64,000 nucleotides of DNA, taken from a virus. The notes under the pieces are model-generated. The model was not told the DNA's origin. It ran no database searches and saw only the letters and a list, made by a program, of their open reading frames with translations. This document shows, piece after piece, positions 9,311-19,753 of this stretch. Positions within the stretch are counted from its first letter, which is position 1. Each line of letters begins with the position of its first letter. The stretch spans positions 32,001-96,000 of the IMG/VR virus record IMGVR_UViG_3300044977_000094; one strand, 5' to 3'. The translations under genes were made by a program, and so were the position numbers.

Positions 9311-10519
9311 CTACTCGCCGACGATCACCGCTGAGGTCTGGAGCTGCAATGTCTCGTCCTGCTGCGGGCCGGGTGGCTGGAGGGTCCAGCCGGTGATCCT
9401 TAGCTGCTGCTGCAAGCCGGGGGCTCCGCCTGCCTGTGGCGGGTGCAGCGGTGACGTTGCGGCGAATGTGGTGGTGTCGCCCAGGACGATGTCCCGCAGC
9501 GTCGGGTATGCGCCCCCGCCGACGGTGAGGGTGGGCAGTGTCATGCCCTGCGTCACGAGGGCCACCTGGCCTGTCGCGAAGGCGTTCACCTGGGCCTGCG
9601 TGGTGACCACGGAGCCCTGCCAGCTGACGGTCGACTCCATCACCGGGTATCCGGCGTCGAGGTCGGCCAGGTCAGCGCCGTATGGGTACTGGGACTGCCA
9701 TTGGAGCTCGCTGCCGTTCGGTGGCGCGGTCGCCCAGATGTAGTTGGAGGACTGTGAGCCGGTGATCTGGTAGCCGTAGTCGATCACGTTGCCGGGGTAG
9801 GTGAGGGTGTACCCGCAGCTCCCGAGGGGGCGCCCGAGCTGCTCGTAGGCCAGCTGCACGAACGTGGCGAGGTTGCCGCTGGAGTCCAGCCCGGCCGAGA
9901 AGACGTACTCCAAATTCCCCGAGGCGGTCATGTCGGACCAAGCGCTGCTGATCTGCGTGAGGTCACTATAGGTGTAGCTGGCGGTCCACGGGACGCCGGA
10001 GATTGCCGAGGATCCGGTCGGTACCACGAGGCGGGCGACGCGGCCGTTGCTGGCCATCAGCTCCAGGTAGCCAGCGGGCCGGGTCGCTGCGGGGGAGACG
10101 CTGGAGATGTACGAGCTCTGCTTGGACAGGCCGTAGTTGAGCAGGTCGAGGAACGCCGCGTAGAGGTCGACGGCGGCGTACTCGATCGTGTCGGTGACGA
10201 GCCGGTGTGACCAGACGGAGTCGAGAGTCTGGGCGGCGATCGGCAGGGTTCCTGCCTGGCGGGACATGTCCGGCCAGTCCCAGACGACGCCGGACCACAC
10301 CGGATACCCGTCCATGATCACCCAGAGGAGGGCGCGGCGGCAGGCCAGGGCCGTGACCGCGGGCGCGTTGACGGAGTACAGCTCGTTGAGGTTGAGCGTC
10401 CCCGTCAGGGAACCGCCGCCGTTCAGCTGCTGCGAGAAGGACTGGACGTTGAGCGGCAGGTTGTCCGCAAGCAGCTTTCCGCTGATCAAGTCAGTGGCGG
10501 CATAGACATAGGTGCTCAC
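9311..10519 (-). CDS. minor tail/baseplate hub protein
   Basis: SFSQQLNGGGSL, VWSGVVW, YPGNVIDY motifs; synteny. Confidence 0.75.
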   Translation of the reverse strand: MSTYVYAATDLISGKLLADNLPLNVQSFSQQLNGGGSLTGTLNLNELYSVNAPAVTALACRRALLWVIMDGYPVWSGVVWDWPDMSRQAGTLPIAAQTLDSVWSHRLVTDTIEYAAVDLYAAFLDLLNYGLSKQSSYISSVSPAATRPAGYLELMASNGRVARLVVPTGSSAISGVPWTASYTYSDLTQISSAWSDMTASGNLEYVFSAGLDSSGNLATFVQLAYEQLGRPLGSCGYTLTYPGNVIDYGYQITGSQSSNYIWATAPPNGSELQWQSQYPYGADLADLDAGYPVMESTVSWQGSVVTTQAQVNAFATGQVALVTQGMTLPTLTVGGGAYPTLRDIVLGDTTTFAATSPLHPPQAGGAPGLQQQLRITGWTLQPPGPQQDETLQLQTSAVIVGE

Positions 10520-11598
10520 TTCGCGACCGGCTCGATCCGCAGGATGATCTTCGTGTTGGCGGCCGCGTACATACCCGTCTGGTACGCGCCCGAGTGGTTG
10601 GTCGCCGTCACCTTGACCGTGTGCGTGCCCGCCGACGGCGTGTCACCCGTCGCACTCGACGTGTAGTAGCTCCACGACCCACCACTGCGTGTCGTCGTGT
10701 CGGCGATGTTGTAGCCGGTCAGGAGCGTGTCCACCACAGTCGAGTCGATGTACATCTGGAGCAGAACGTTGAAGCCGTAGCTACTGCCCCGAGTGGAGCT
10801 GGTGCCCGCCCACTTGAAGAAGATCTCCACGTCGGTGTAGCCGTCAGTCGTGATCGTGGTGGTCAGGACCGTCTGCTCCGTGCCACCCCAGGACGGCCCG
10901 CTGGACGTGGTGACGATCACCGGCTCCCAGGGGAGCACGTGGATCTGCGTCGCGTTGCTCGTGTTGTTGTTGTGGTAAAAGCGACCCGATGGCTTGTCAA
11001 AAGCGAGCTGGCCGGTGTAACCGGTCACGCTGCCGACGGGCGCCACCAGGATCCCGCCAGTCGTGGTGGTGAAGGTCCGCTGATCAGTGATCATGCCGCT
11101 GGTGATCGACGTCGTGGTCGCCGGGATCGTCAACTGCCCCAGGGTGGTGCTGTTCGCAGGCGTGGACGGGGCCGATGGGGATGGCGCCGCGGTGCCCGTG
11201 ATGATCTCTATCGCGCCGTACGAGCTCGACGACCCGGCATCATCGACATAGGCCACAACCAGGTCAATCCGCGGATTGGTCGGGTCCGCCGTCTGGACGG
11301 TCAGCGTCGCCTGCGACGCCAGCGTCGACACGTAGCCGCCCGCCGTCGGAGTCGCCGTCGCGGGGACCACGTAGCTTCCCGGTTGCACAGTCACCGCCAT
11401 GCCGGTACCAGCGGACACAACCAGGCCCGAACCGCCGACGACGCCGCCCAGAACGCCGATCGTGCCTCCACCGCTGACGATGCCCTCGTCGTAGAACGTC
11501 GCCGTCACAAACGAGTTCCGCAGGTCATTGCCGCTGTCGGCGTCGTACGTGCACCCGCTCAACCACATAGGCAGGGAGGTGGTCACCTGGGTCGCCAT
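10516..11598 (-). CDS. minor tail protein
   Basis: ADPTNPRIDLVV and ITDQR motifs. Confidence 0.75.
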   Translation of the reverse strand: MATQVTTSLPMWLSGCTYDADSGNDLRNSFVTATFYDEGIVSGGGTIGVLGGVVGGSGLVVSAGTGMAVTVQPGSYVVPATATPTAGGYVSTLASQATLTVQTADPTNPRIDLVVAYVDDAGSSSSYGAIEIITGTAAPSPSAPSTPANSTTLGQLTIPATTTSITSGMITDQRTFTTTTGGILVAPVGSVTGYTGQLAFDKPSGRFYHNNNTSNATQIHVLPWEPVIVTTSSGPSWGGTEQTVLTTTITTDGYTDVEIFFKWAGTSSTRGSSYGFNVLLQMYIDSTVVDTLLTGYNIADTTTRSGGSWSYYTSSATGDTPSAGTHTVKVTATNHSGAYQTGMYAAANTKIILRIEPVAK

Positions 11599-11607
11599 GC
11601 CTGCCTC

Positions 11608-12870
11608 CTAGATGTAGGTGTCCGACCAGTAGAAAGTCGCTGTCGCGCCCGAGCCGGCCGTGCCGCCGAACTGGAGCTGGTTGTCGCCCGGGGCGATTTC
11701 CCACCAGGCCGATGAGACATCCGCCGGCCAGTACGTGCCGCCCGTGCTCGGGATCCCCGGGTACATCGACAGCGTCGTGGGGTTGATGAAGGCCTGCCGG
11801 TTGAGGAAGTCCACGACCATGGTGTCGCCAGTCCCCAGGCTCACCGTGCTCCACGAGACGGTGCTGCCGCTGGTCAAGTTGGACAGGGTTACGCCGCTGA
11901 CTGGGCCAGTGACGACCACGACTGATGGGGTCTCAAAGCTGCCGCCATTGATCGCCACGCTCGATCCTGGCGGCGGCGCTGCGGCGAGACTGAAGGGCAC
12001 GGTGAACGGGACGACCATGTCGCCGCCGACGCCCGCGGAGAGCAGCCCGATCTGGATCGAGCGCTGCACGTTGGCGTACTTGCGGGGGTCGGGTGCGACG
12101 AGGCCGATCGCGAAAGTGACATCACTCAAGGTCGGATACGACTCGGTGATCTTCCCGGAGCGGCGCACCCAGGCGTACTTCGACACCGGCTCGTCGTAGC
12201 GCAGCTGCGCCAAGTCGCTGATCGGCACGGCCTGCTGTAGGAGTGCCCGGGCGGTGTCCCGCAGGGCCTGGGTCGGGGCGGAGGCCGTGACGGTCAGCGT
12301 CATCGTCCGGGCCGCGAAGTACTGCGGCGACGCCCATGCGCCGTGGTCACCGGATCGGGCGATGACCCCGGCGCCCTGCACGTCCGGGCCATCCCAGCCC
12401 TCCAGCTTCTGCCACAGCCAGCAGATGCCGTTGCCGTCCACGGCGCCGAACTCGATGTCCAGGTCAGCCGCGCTGTAGATCAGGCCGCCGGTCCAGAACC
12501 CGGTGTCGCCGGCCGGGACCGGCGGCGTGTAGCCACCCGGGATGCCACTGACGTTGAAGTTCTCGACGCCGAGGAACTCATCCGAGCCGTAGGTGCAGGT
12601 CCAGTTCGCGGTGTACACACCGGACTTGGTCATCGGTGGGATGTTCCAGGTGAAGGCGTACTGGCCAGCAGCGATGCGCCATACCTGCCCCGGAACAGAC
12701 GAGCTCGCGCCCTGGTAGGTGAACGGGCCCGCGACGTCCGAGACCGAGCCAACGGGCCCCCCGTACGTGATGTCCAACTGCACAGCGGACGGATCCGTCA
12801 GGACACCGCTGACCTCGTCGTAGAAGTTCAGGTCCAGCACCCACGGCTGGCCGGCCATCGCGCCAGTCAT
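11608..12870 (-). CDS. distal tail (Dit)-like protein with an extra N-terminal beta domain
   Basis: First tail gene after the TMP; EGWD.PDV, APDPRKY, IAPGDN. Confidence 0.75.
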   Translation of the reverse strand: MTGAMAGQPWVLDLNFYDEVSGVLTDPSAVQLDITYGGPVGSVSDVAGPFTYQGASSSVPGQVWRIAAGQYAFTWNIPPMTKSGVYTANWTCTYGSDEFLGVENFNVSGIPGGYTPPVPAGDTGFWTGGLIYSAADLDIEFGAVDGNGICWLWQKLEGWDGPDVQGAGVIARSGDHGAWASPQYFAARTMTLTVTASAPTQALRDTARALLQQAVPISDLAQLRYDEPVSKYAWVRRSGKITESYPTLSDVTFAIGLVAPDPRKYANVQRSIQIGLLSAGVGGDMVVPFTVPFSLAAAPPPGSSVAINGGSFETPSVVVVTGPVSGVTLSNLTSGSTVSWSTVSLGTGDTMVVDFLNRQAFINPTTLSMYPGIPSTGGTYWPADVSSAWWEIAPGDNQLQFGGTAGSGATATFYWSDTYI

Positions 12871-12972
12871 TCAGCCCCCTCACTGCTGCGTCACGGTCCT
12901 GCAACAGAGGGCAGTCAGCAGTGTGCCCCCTGGCACACTGACCGCACCCAAAACAGGACATCAGGGGGGAAC

Positions 12973-13608
12973 ATGCGTCGCGCCATCCCAGCCATCGCCG
13001 CCGTTCTGCTAGCGGCCGGCTGCGCAAGCGGCAGCCACGGCAGCACCGCGCCGGAGCAGCCGAGCACAACATCAAGCAGCGCCGCGCCCGCATCCAGTGG
13101 CGCCCCGAAACCGAGCCCCACACCGACCGCCACGGCCCTCCCAGCGCTGGCCGTCGGGCAGACCGTCACCGTCCACACCAGTGGCGACGGCGTGGTCATC
13201 AAGACGCCCGGGGTCTACGAGGTGACCCTGCTCGCCTTCAAGACGGCGACCCACACGACGGATCCCGGCTCGGACTACACGGCCACGGCCCAGGCCGGAG
13301 ACGTCATCGGCTGCATCGCCTTCAAGGTAAAGAACGAGGGCGCATCCCAGTCGGACCTGTATCCCTTCATGAACCCCGAATGGAGCGGGGCTAGCGGCCA
13401 GGTCAGCGACTCCGAACTGGCCACAGGCGCAGACTGCGCACCGCTCGACGGTCAGACGGACGAGCTCAGCGGCGACCCGAATCCGGCGATCGGCCAGTAT
13501 GTCACCGGCGATGATGCCCTGGAGTTCCCAGCTGGTGCTGGGCGTCTCCTCTTCCAAGATCGGAGCGGCGCCAGCCTGTTCACCATCGCCGTCCCGCCGA
13601 CAAGCTGA
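12973..13608 (+). CDS. lipoprotein moron (possible superinfection exclusion)
   Basis: Signal peptide with LAAGC lipobox; S/T/P linker; opposite strand to the tail genes. Confidence 0.7.
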   Translation: MRRAIPAIAAVLLAAGCASGSHGSTAPEQPSTTSSSAAPASSGAPKPSPTPTATALPALAVGQTVTVHTSGDGVVIKTPGVYEVTLLAFKTATHTTDPGSDYTATAQAGDVIGCIAFKVKNEGASQSDLYPFMNPEWSGASGQVSDSELATGADCAPLDGQTDELSGDPNPAIGQYVTGDDALEFPAGAGRLLFQDRSGASLFTIAVPPTS

Positions 13609-13642
13609 GGCTGCGCTGCCCGCACTGGGGGTGTGCGGGCAG

Positions 13643-16600
13643 CTATACCCCACTGAGGGCGAGCCCCATCTCCCGCTGGATCGCAGCCATCTGCTCGGTG
13701 TTCGGATACTGCGTGCCATAGAAGTTGATCACTGCCTGCTTGGCGCCCAGACCGGCCGGGCCCGTGCCGCCCTGGGCGGTGATCTGCTTGGCCAGCGCGA
13801 CGAAGGCCGCCGACTCCTCGGGGGTAAGTACGGCCTCCGGCTTCCCGAGACCATTGACTGGCATGTTCCCGGGCATCAGCCAGCCACCGGAGTCGTAGCC
13901 CCAACCCATGGCCTTGTATACGGCGTTCGCCGAGGCCATGCGCTGCGGAAGCGACGCCGTCAGGCTCGCCGGCCGCTCGTAGTAGTCCTGGTAGATCTCG
14001 GCCGCGTTCGACGCGCTCGTCGCACGGTTGACCATCCCCGGACCGCCACCCCACGACAGGATCGCGTTGAGCTGCGTCATCAGGTCCGCCTGGGCGTTCC
14101 CGGTGATGTAGCCAGGCGGGTACGGAGTCCACTGGATCAGACCACCACCCCCACCGCCGCCGATCTCCAGAATCTCCGGGTTACCGCCCGATTCGGCGTC
14201 GATGTTGCCCGCGACGCCCGCCGCAGCGAACCGGGAGAACCCGTGCGCCGCCAGGAAGGACGCGATGGCCTTCCAGTTCGCAGGCAGCGAGCCCACAGCA
14301 CCCGAGCTACCACCGGGCAACTGCCCGGAGCCGAGGCCGAGCATCGACAGCGCCTGATTGACGGCATCCCCGACTAGCGTCTTGGGGACAGCCAGCATCA
14401 TCTGTGCCAGATCCCCAGTAGCGCCCTTGGTGCCGACGAACGAGTTCAGCGCATTGGTCAGCGCTGTCCCGTTGCCCGTCGCCAGCGCCGCCACGATCTT
14501 GCCGACGTCCATGGCCTTCCCCACAGCGCCGGTGATGCCGCCCCAGATGTCCGACGCCACACCCGCGATCCCACCACCGCTGAAGCCCATCGCATGCTCG
14601 GCGCCATGCTCAACGGGCCGGTCGACGGTGCGCTTCCGCGCCTCCTTCTTCAGCAGCTTCCCGAGCTCACTCTTGTGCTCATCGTCATCGCCAGCCACAC
14701 CACCACCGGCGAATCGAGTCGGACCGGAGACCCGGCCTCCCCCGTACTGCGCGTTGAGTGCGTGCACCGTGCCCGGGCCGATCGCACGGACCGCCTCCGG
14801 CACCAGCACGCCTTCCCCCGGGCTGAGCATCGCCGGGATAGTGTCGTGCCCCGGCGAGTAGCCGGCCAGTACGCCGCCCGCCGCGAGTTGGGGGATATCC
14901 GGCAGCTTGAGGCTTCCCAGGCCGACGGCTTTGACGACGCTGTTCCACAGGTTTTCAATGCCGTCCTTGTACACGTCCGTGATCAGGAAGTTCACGGGAA
15001 TCTTGAAGGCTGTTTCGAGGCCGGACCAGGTCGCACTCAGATCATGGACGAAGTCACGCGCCCCGGTCGATATCCCGGACCAAACGTCCTCGGCGACGGA
15101 CTTAATGCCACCCCAAATCGATGACCAATTTCGGGCCAATTCGATCGCCCCGAGGGCGATGAGGCCGACCGGACCAAGGAGCGGGAGCAGCCATTTTCCG
15201 AATCCGTTGTAGACAAAATTCCAGGCATCCTCGGCCCAGTGCTTGATGTCCCCCCAGACCTGCGACCAGTGCGTGGCCAAATACGTGATCGCAAGCACCA
15301 GGAGGCCGATCCCGGCGATTATGCCGCCTGAGGAGGCGTCCTCGACGGCTGCGGCCTCTTCCGAGGAGATCTCCGCCGCTTCGTTCTGTGCCTCGAACAT
15401 GGCAGTCGCCTCGCCGTGCTCGGCAGCCCATTCATCCGAGGCGGTCTCGGCTTCCTGCATATTCGTGCCGAAGCCGGAAACGAACTGCACGATGGAATTC
15501 TTCGCGCTGCTCATCATCCCGGAGATCTTGCTGCCGATCCCCTCGAAAGGAGACGTCAAGAATCCGACGACTTTCGCGCCGTTATCCTTCGCGGACTGCC
15601 ACAGAAGCTGCCCGTCCAGGCTCGTCGGCATCGCGCCCTTCACCGCATCGGCGAGCGAGGATCCCCAGCCGCCGACGGTCTTGGCGAGCTTCGGGAGGAG
15701 CCCCTCGACGGCGGGAATGACGTCGCCCTCGGCGCCGGTGATCTCCTCCGAGCCGAACAGCTTCGTCCACACGCCCTTGCCGGCCGCCTGCGCCGCACTG
15801 CCGAGCTGCTTGCCCCAGCCGCGCACGGCGCTCGCGAGCTTGCCGCCCCAAACCTGGGCGGCGGTGGTCGTGTTGACCCAGGCCTTCCCCAAGCCCTCGG
15901 TGATCTTCTGACCCCAGACCTGCGCCGCCGTAGTGACGTTCACCCACGCCCTGCCAGCCCCCTGGGCAGCCTTGGTTGCGGCGCCCGACACCCCGCTCCA
16001 CGCCTTGCCGATGGTCTGCGCCATCTTGGACATGCGCCCAGGGATCCCGGAGATCAGCTTGTAGCCGTCAGCGATCGCCTTGAACGGCATCGACACGTAC
16101 TTGTTCGCGAGCTTCATCGCCAGCATCCCGGCGACGATGTCCGCGATGACCTTGACGACGGTGCCGTTCGGGTGCGCGTTCAGATACCGCGTCAGCGGCC
16201 CGAGAGCCGTGGCCACCAGGCCGACGATCGCACCCAGCGGCGGACCGACGTGGGCAATGATGTTGCCCGCAGCCTCAAGGAAGGCGTTGATCGGCCCCGT
16301 CTTCTGGCCGACCGCCGCCGCCAACCCGGTTGCCGCGTGGGCGATCCCGGCGAGCACAGCAGCGATCCCGTCGACCGCGCCCTTCTTCGACCCGATCAGG
16401 GCCAGCTCCTGGATGAACTGGGCGAACGCGGGCAGCACTATGTCCGCGAAGCGGATCCCGTTGCTGATCAGACCGTTGAGGACCTGGACGAACTGCGGGG
16501 TCTGCATCTGCTTGCCGAACTGACCGAACGCGTTGCCCATCGCCGAGCCCATGCGGCCGACACCGCTGGTCACATCCGGCATCAGCTTCGAGATCCCGGT

Positions 16601-18271
16601 CAGCCAGATCGACATGCCCGGCAGCACCGAGTCCTGCGCCGCCGCCTCAAGGCCCTTGAAAGCGCCCTTCATCCCGAGGACCTGGTCGACGAACGCGCGA
16701 CCCTCCGGAGTCAGCCGCGACATGTCCTTCTGGAACTGGTTCGCCGCCTCGTTCTCCGTGGACGCGGTCGCAGCCCACTGGAGCTGCTGCTCCTTGATCG
16801 TGTTCGTGAGGTTCCGCTCGGCGACCGCGACCTGCTGCGAGTCCATCCGCTGCTGGTACGCCGCCTGCTCCTGCGCCTGCGACACCTGGAGTTGCGCCTG
16901 CTTGACCTGCGCCGCGTTGTTCAGCTCAGTGTCAGTCAGGTTCCGCTGAGCGTCAGCAGCCTGCATCTGCGCATCGGTCAGCTGGTACTGGGCGGCGGTC
17001 ACGCCCTGCTTGGCCTGGATGACCAGCTGGCTGCCTGACACGCCCTGCTTGTTCGCCAGGTTCGCGGCGGTCTGCGCGTCCGTCTCCTGGTCGGTGGCGT
17101 CCTTGAGCTGCTGCTTGGCCTGGGCAACAGCCAGCGCCGCCTGCTCGCGGTTGAGGTCCGTGCTGTAGGCGTTCTGGTCGGTGAGAACCTGCTGGTACTC
17201 GGCCTGCTGTACCGCCAGGCTCGCCGCCGCGACGTTCAACTTCGAGTCGGCGAGCTGGTCATCAAGCTGCGTGATCTGCTCACGCGCCTGCACCCACGCC
17301 TGCGTCAGGTTGTACTGCGCCTCAGTGAGGCCGTAGTTCGCCTGCTCCAGACCCTGCTGGGCCTGCTCCACGCTCTGGATCGCCTGCACCTGACTGGCCG
17401 CGGCGTTCCGCTGCACCGACGCCAGGTTCATCTCAGCCGACTCAATCGCCTGCGCGCTGGTCACCGCATCCTGCGCCGCCTGCTCCCGCGCCTGCGTCAC
17501 CGACTGCTGCGCCTGCTGCTGCTGAACCGCATTCGAGAAACTCGTGCTGGCCAGCTGTGCCGGCGTCAGCCCAACATTCAGCGACGCCTGGTGCGCCGCC
17601 GACAACGCCGAGGCCACCGGCCCCAAAGCCAGACCACCGGTCAGACCCAGCAGCCCCATGCCGGTCGCGGCACCGCCGATCCCCGGCGCCAGCAGACTGC
17701 CGCCGAGCAACAGGTTCTGAAAGAAGCCTCCGCTCTCACCACCACCCCCACCCCCGCCACCACCGCCACCCCCGGAGGAGCCCCCGAGGCTCGGGCCGCC
17801 GGCCTGGTCCTTGAAGGCGTCGAGCTGGGCCTGTGCCTCAGCCAGCTTCGCGTCGAAGTCGCTAGTGTCCAGGCCCAGAGTCGGGTCGGCATGCTTGGTG
17901 TCGAGATCGTCCAGCTTTGCGCGGGCGTCGTCGACCTTCGCATCCAGGTCGGCAGACTCCAGGCCAACCTGCGGCCGGGCCTCCTTGACGTCGAGCTCGT
18001 CAAGCTTCGCCTTTGCGTCGTCGGCCTTCGTGTCCAGTTCGGTGTCGTCCAGCGTTACCTGCGGCTGCGCGACCGCCCCGTCGAGCTCCTCGACGGTCGC
18101 CCGCGCCTCGTCCGCCTTCGCGTCGAGCTCGGAGGTGTCCAGGGTGACCCGCACCGAGGCGCTGACGCCTGCGGTCGCCTCCTCAACGGCAGCCTCAACC
18201 TCTTCCTTGAGACCCTCAGAATCGGCGCTGACCTGCACAAACGCTGTGGCGATCCGGAAACCCTCAGCCAT
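13643..18271 (-). CDS. tape measure protein with C-terminal phage-tail-lysozyme domain
   Basis: 1542 aa, Ala/Gln coiled coils, Trp repeats; AGVAGNIDAESG...GLIQWT...YERPA. Confidence 0.93.
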   Translation of the reverse strand: MAEGFRIATAFVQVSADSEGLKEEVEAAVEEATAGVSASVRVTLDTSELDAKADEARATVEELDGAVAQPQVTLDDTELDTKADDAKAKLDELDVKEARPQVGLESADLDAKVDDARAKLDDLDTKHADPTLGLDTSDFDAKLAEAQAQLDAFKDQAGGPSLGGSSGGGGGGGGGGGGESGGFFQNLLLGGSLLAPGIGGAATGMGLLGLTGGLALGPVASALSAAHQASLNVGLTPAQLASTSFSNAVQQQQAQQSVTQAREQAAQDAVTSAQAIESAEMNLASVQRNAAASQVQAIQSVEQAQQGLEQANYGLTEAQYNLTQAWVQAREQITQLDDQLADSKLNVAAASLAVQQAEYQQVLTDQNAYSTDLNREQAALAVAQAKQQLKDATDQETDAQTAANLANKQGVSGSQLVIQAKQGVTAAQYQLTDAQMQAADAQRNLTDTELNNAAQVKQAQLQVSQAQEQAAYQQRMDSQQVAVAERNLTNTIKEQQLQWAATASTENEAANQFQKDMSRLTPEGRAFVDQVLGMKGAFKGLEAAAQDSVLPGMSIWLTGISKLMPDVTSGVGRMGSAMGNAFGQFGKQMQTPQFVQVLNGLISNGIRFADIVLPAFAQFIQELALIGSKKGAVDGIAAVLAGIAHAATGLAAAVGQKTGPINAFLEAAGNIIAHVGPPLGAIVGLVATALGPLTRYLNAHPNGTVVKVIADIVAGMLAMKLANKYVSMPFKAIADGYKLISGIPGRMSKMAQTIGKAWSGVSGAATKAAQGAGRAWVNVTTAAQVWGQKITEGLGKAWVNTTTAAQVWGGKLASAVRGWGKQLGSAAQAAGKGVWTKLFGSEEITGAEGDVIPAVEGLLPKLAKTVGGWGSSLADAVKGAMPTSLDGQLLWQSAKDNGAKVVGFLTSPFEGIGSKISGMMSSAKNSIVQFVSGFGTNMQEAETASDEWAAEHGEATAMFEAQNEAAEISSEEAAAVEDASSGGIIAGIGLLVLAITYLATHWSQVWGDIKHWAEDAWNFVYNGFGKWLLPLLGPVGLIALGAIELARNWSSIWGGIKSVAEDVWSGISTGARDFVHDLSATWSGLETAFKIPVNFLITDVYKDGIENLWNSVVKAVGLGSLKLPDIPQLAAGGVLAGYSPGHDTIPAMLSPGEGVLVPEAVRAIGPGTVHALNAQYGGGRVSGPTRFAGGGVAGDDDEHKSELGKLLKKEARKRTVDRPVEHGAEHAMGFSGGGIAGVASDIWGGITGAVGKAMDVGKIVAALATGNGTALTNALNSFVGTKGATGDLAQMMLAVPKTLVGDAVNQALSMLGLGSGQLPGGSSGAVGSLPANWKAIASFLAAHGFSRFAAAGVAGNIDAESGGNPEILEIGGGGGGGLIQWTPYPPGYITGNAQADLMTQLNAILSWGGGPGMVNRATSASNAAEIYQDYYERPASLTASLPQRMASANAVYKAMGWGYDSGGWLMPGNMPVNGLGKPEAVLTPEESAAFVALAKQITAQGGTGPAGLGAKQAVINFYGTQYPNTEQMAAIQREMGLALSGV

Positions 18272-18291
18272 GGCAGGTCACCCCCCTGCCG

Positions 18292-18618
18292 TCATCCGAA
18301 GCTGAAGATCCCCTGGAAAGCCGGGTCCGCCCGAAGCGTGGTCTGCGTGCCGGGGTTGATCTGCTGACGCCCCGGCGAGTAGGCAGGACTCTGGGCGCTG
18401 GCCGGCGCCGCCGACTCCTCGTGTGAAGCAGCGATCGCACGCGACTGCATCACCCCGGCATACGCCGGGAGCCGCCACGCCAGCTTGAAGAACACGGGAC
18501 CCGAGAGTTCCATGACGTCGTCGACGCGGTGGAACGCCGACATGTCCGACGCGATGTCGTCGAGGTAGTCCAGCATCCAAGCAAGCTGGAGAAAACGCTC
18601 TTCTACTACGCTTTTGGG
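18292..18618 (-). CDS. tail assembly chaperone, frameshifted C-terminal part (gpGT-like)
   Basis: The -1 frame from C CCA AAA reads open into ...WMLDYLDDIASDM. Confidence 0.75.
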   Translation of the reverse strand, partial: PKSVVEERFLQLAWMLDYLDDIASDMSAFHRVDDVMELSGPVFFKLAWRLPAYAGVMQSRAIAASHEESAAPASAQSPAYSPGRQQINPGTQTTLRADPAFQGIFSFG

Positions 18619-19016
18619 AACTCCATGGCCCCCATCACCAGCTCATTCACGACCTGGAGAATCTGCATGAGGTCCCCGGGCTCCAGCTCGTCGTACTCCC
18701 GCAGCGCCCGGTAGCCCTCCGCACCCAGGACCTTCTCCAGCATGTAGTCCACCGCAGCGTCCTCGCCCTGGGTGCGCCGCACATGGAGGGCCTGGAGCGC
18801 AATGTTCAGACCGGGCTTCGCCGGGATGCAGTACTCGCGGTCGTCGATGTAGAACAGCGGCACCATAGCGCCCTTGCTGCCACTGGTCTTCAGCCGCAGA
18901 ACCTGGAGACCACCCGGTGACTCGGCGGCCGGCTCCGGCTTCGGGCGCCGGACGGGAGCCCGCTTCGCCACCGCCTTCACCGGAGCCGCCTTCTTGCCCT
19001 GCACGGTTGCTGCCAT
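18606..19016 (-). CDS. tail assembly chaperone (gpG-like)
   Basis: Between major tail and TMP; ends at a slippery site. Confidence 0.8.
   Translation of the reverse strand: MAATVQGKKAAPVKAVAKRAPVRRPKPEPAAESPGGLQVLRLKTSGSKGAMVPLFYIDDREYCIPAKPGLNIALQALHVRRTQGEDAAVDYMLEKVLGAEGYRALREYDELEPGDLMQILQVVNELVMGAMEFPKA
18612..18618 (-). other. programmed -1 frameshift heptamer CCCAAAA
   Basis: X XXY YYZ pattern two codons before the stop. Confidence 0.8.
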
Positions 19017-19069
19017 GGATCTTCCTAGGGTGAGGGTTGGCTATACGCGTCAAGCGACAGGACCGCAGG

Positions 19070-19660
19070 TCACGCCTGCTGGTCCACGATGTGAATTGGA
19101 TTGATGCCCGAGCTGACGTAGTACGCGGTGAACGTGACATCCAACGCCTGCTGCGTCTTCTTGTCGTACGACAAGGTCGCCTTGACCTGCGACAGGACCT
19201 TGCGGACGATGACGCGCCGCAGAGCAGCGGCACCCGTGCTCAGGGTCGGCGCCCACCCGTCGATGATCAGCCCGGCGTAGGTGGGCTGGGTCGCGCTGGA
19301 GGTGACGGGGATCTCCAGCGTCTCGTAGCCGGAGCCGGACGAGGTGATGCCGATGTTGTTCAGTGCGGTCTGGAGGTTGTTCAGCGTCATCTCGGACAGC
19401 TTGGCGGTGACCGTCATCTTCATCTCGGTCAGCCGGGCGCCCACGTTCATCGTGAGCTGGTCGACCGCGAGGTCGGTGTAGGTGTTGTCGACCTCCAGGT
19501 TCACCCCGCCGTCGGTGCCGCCGACGTCGGTCCACGGCGAAGACGGCGGACTGGAGGGTCCGTTCGGTGTGACGCTGGCGTCGGTCGGCTCAGTGCTGCC
19601 GAAGGGCGCGACGTACAGCCGCGCCGGTCCGAGCACCAGGTTTGCGGCATTCACAGCCAC
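19070..19660 (-). CDS. major tail tube protein
   Basis: GPARLYVAP, WTDVGGTDGGV, LSEMTLNNL. Confidence 0.85.
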   Translation of the reverse strand: MAVNAANLVLGPARLYVAPFGSTEPTDASVTPNGPSSPPSSPWTDVGGTDGGVNLEVDNTYTDLAVDQLTMNVGARLTEMKMTVTAKLSEMTLNNLQTALNNIGITSSGSGYETLEIPVTSSATQPTYAGLIIDGWAPTLSTGAAALRRVIVRKVLSQVKATLSYDKKTQQALDVTFTAYYVSSGINPIHIVDQQA

Positions 19661-19707
19661 AAGATCATCCCCTTAGGGTTCGGCGCCACGGCCGGGCGCG
19701 GGCATGC

Positions 19708-19731
19708 AAAAGGCCCGCACAAGGCGGGCCT
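19708..19731 (-). terminator. internal terminator-like hairpin
   Basis: AGGCCCGC-loop-GCGGGCCT followed by TTT. Confidence 0.6.
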
Positions 19732-19753
19732 GGGAAGCTGGATCTGTGGAGCG

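Noticed and set aside
17735-17790. CCACCN repeats
   Set aside because: They encode a poly-Gly linker in the TMP
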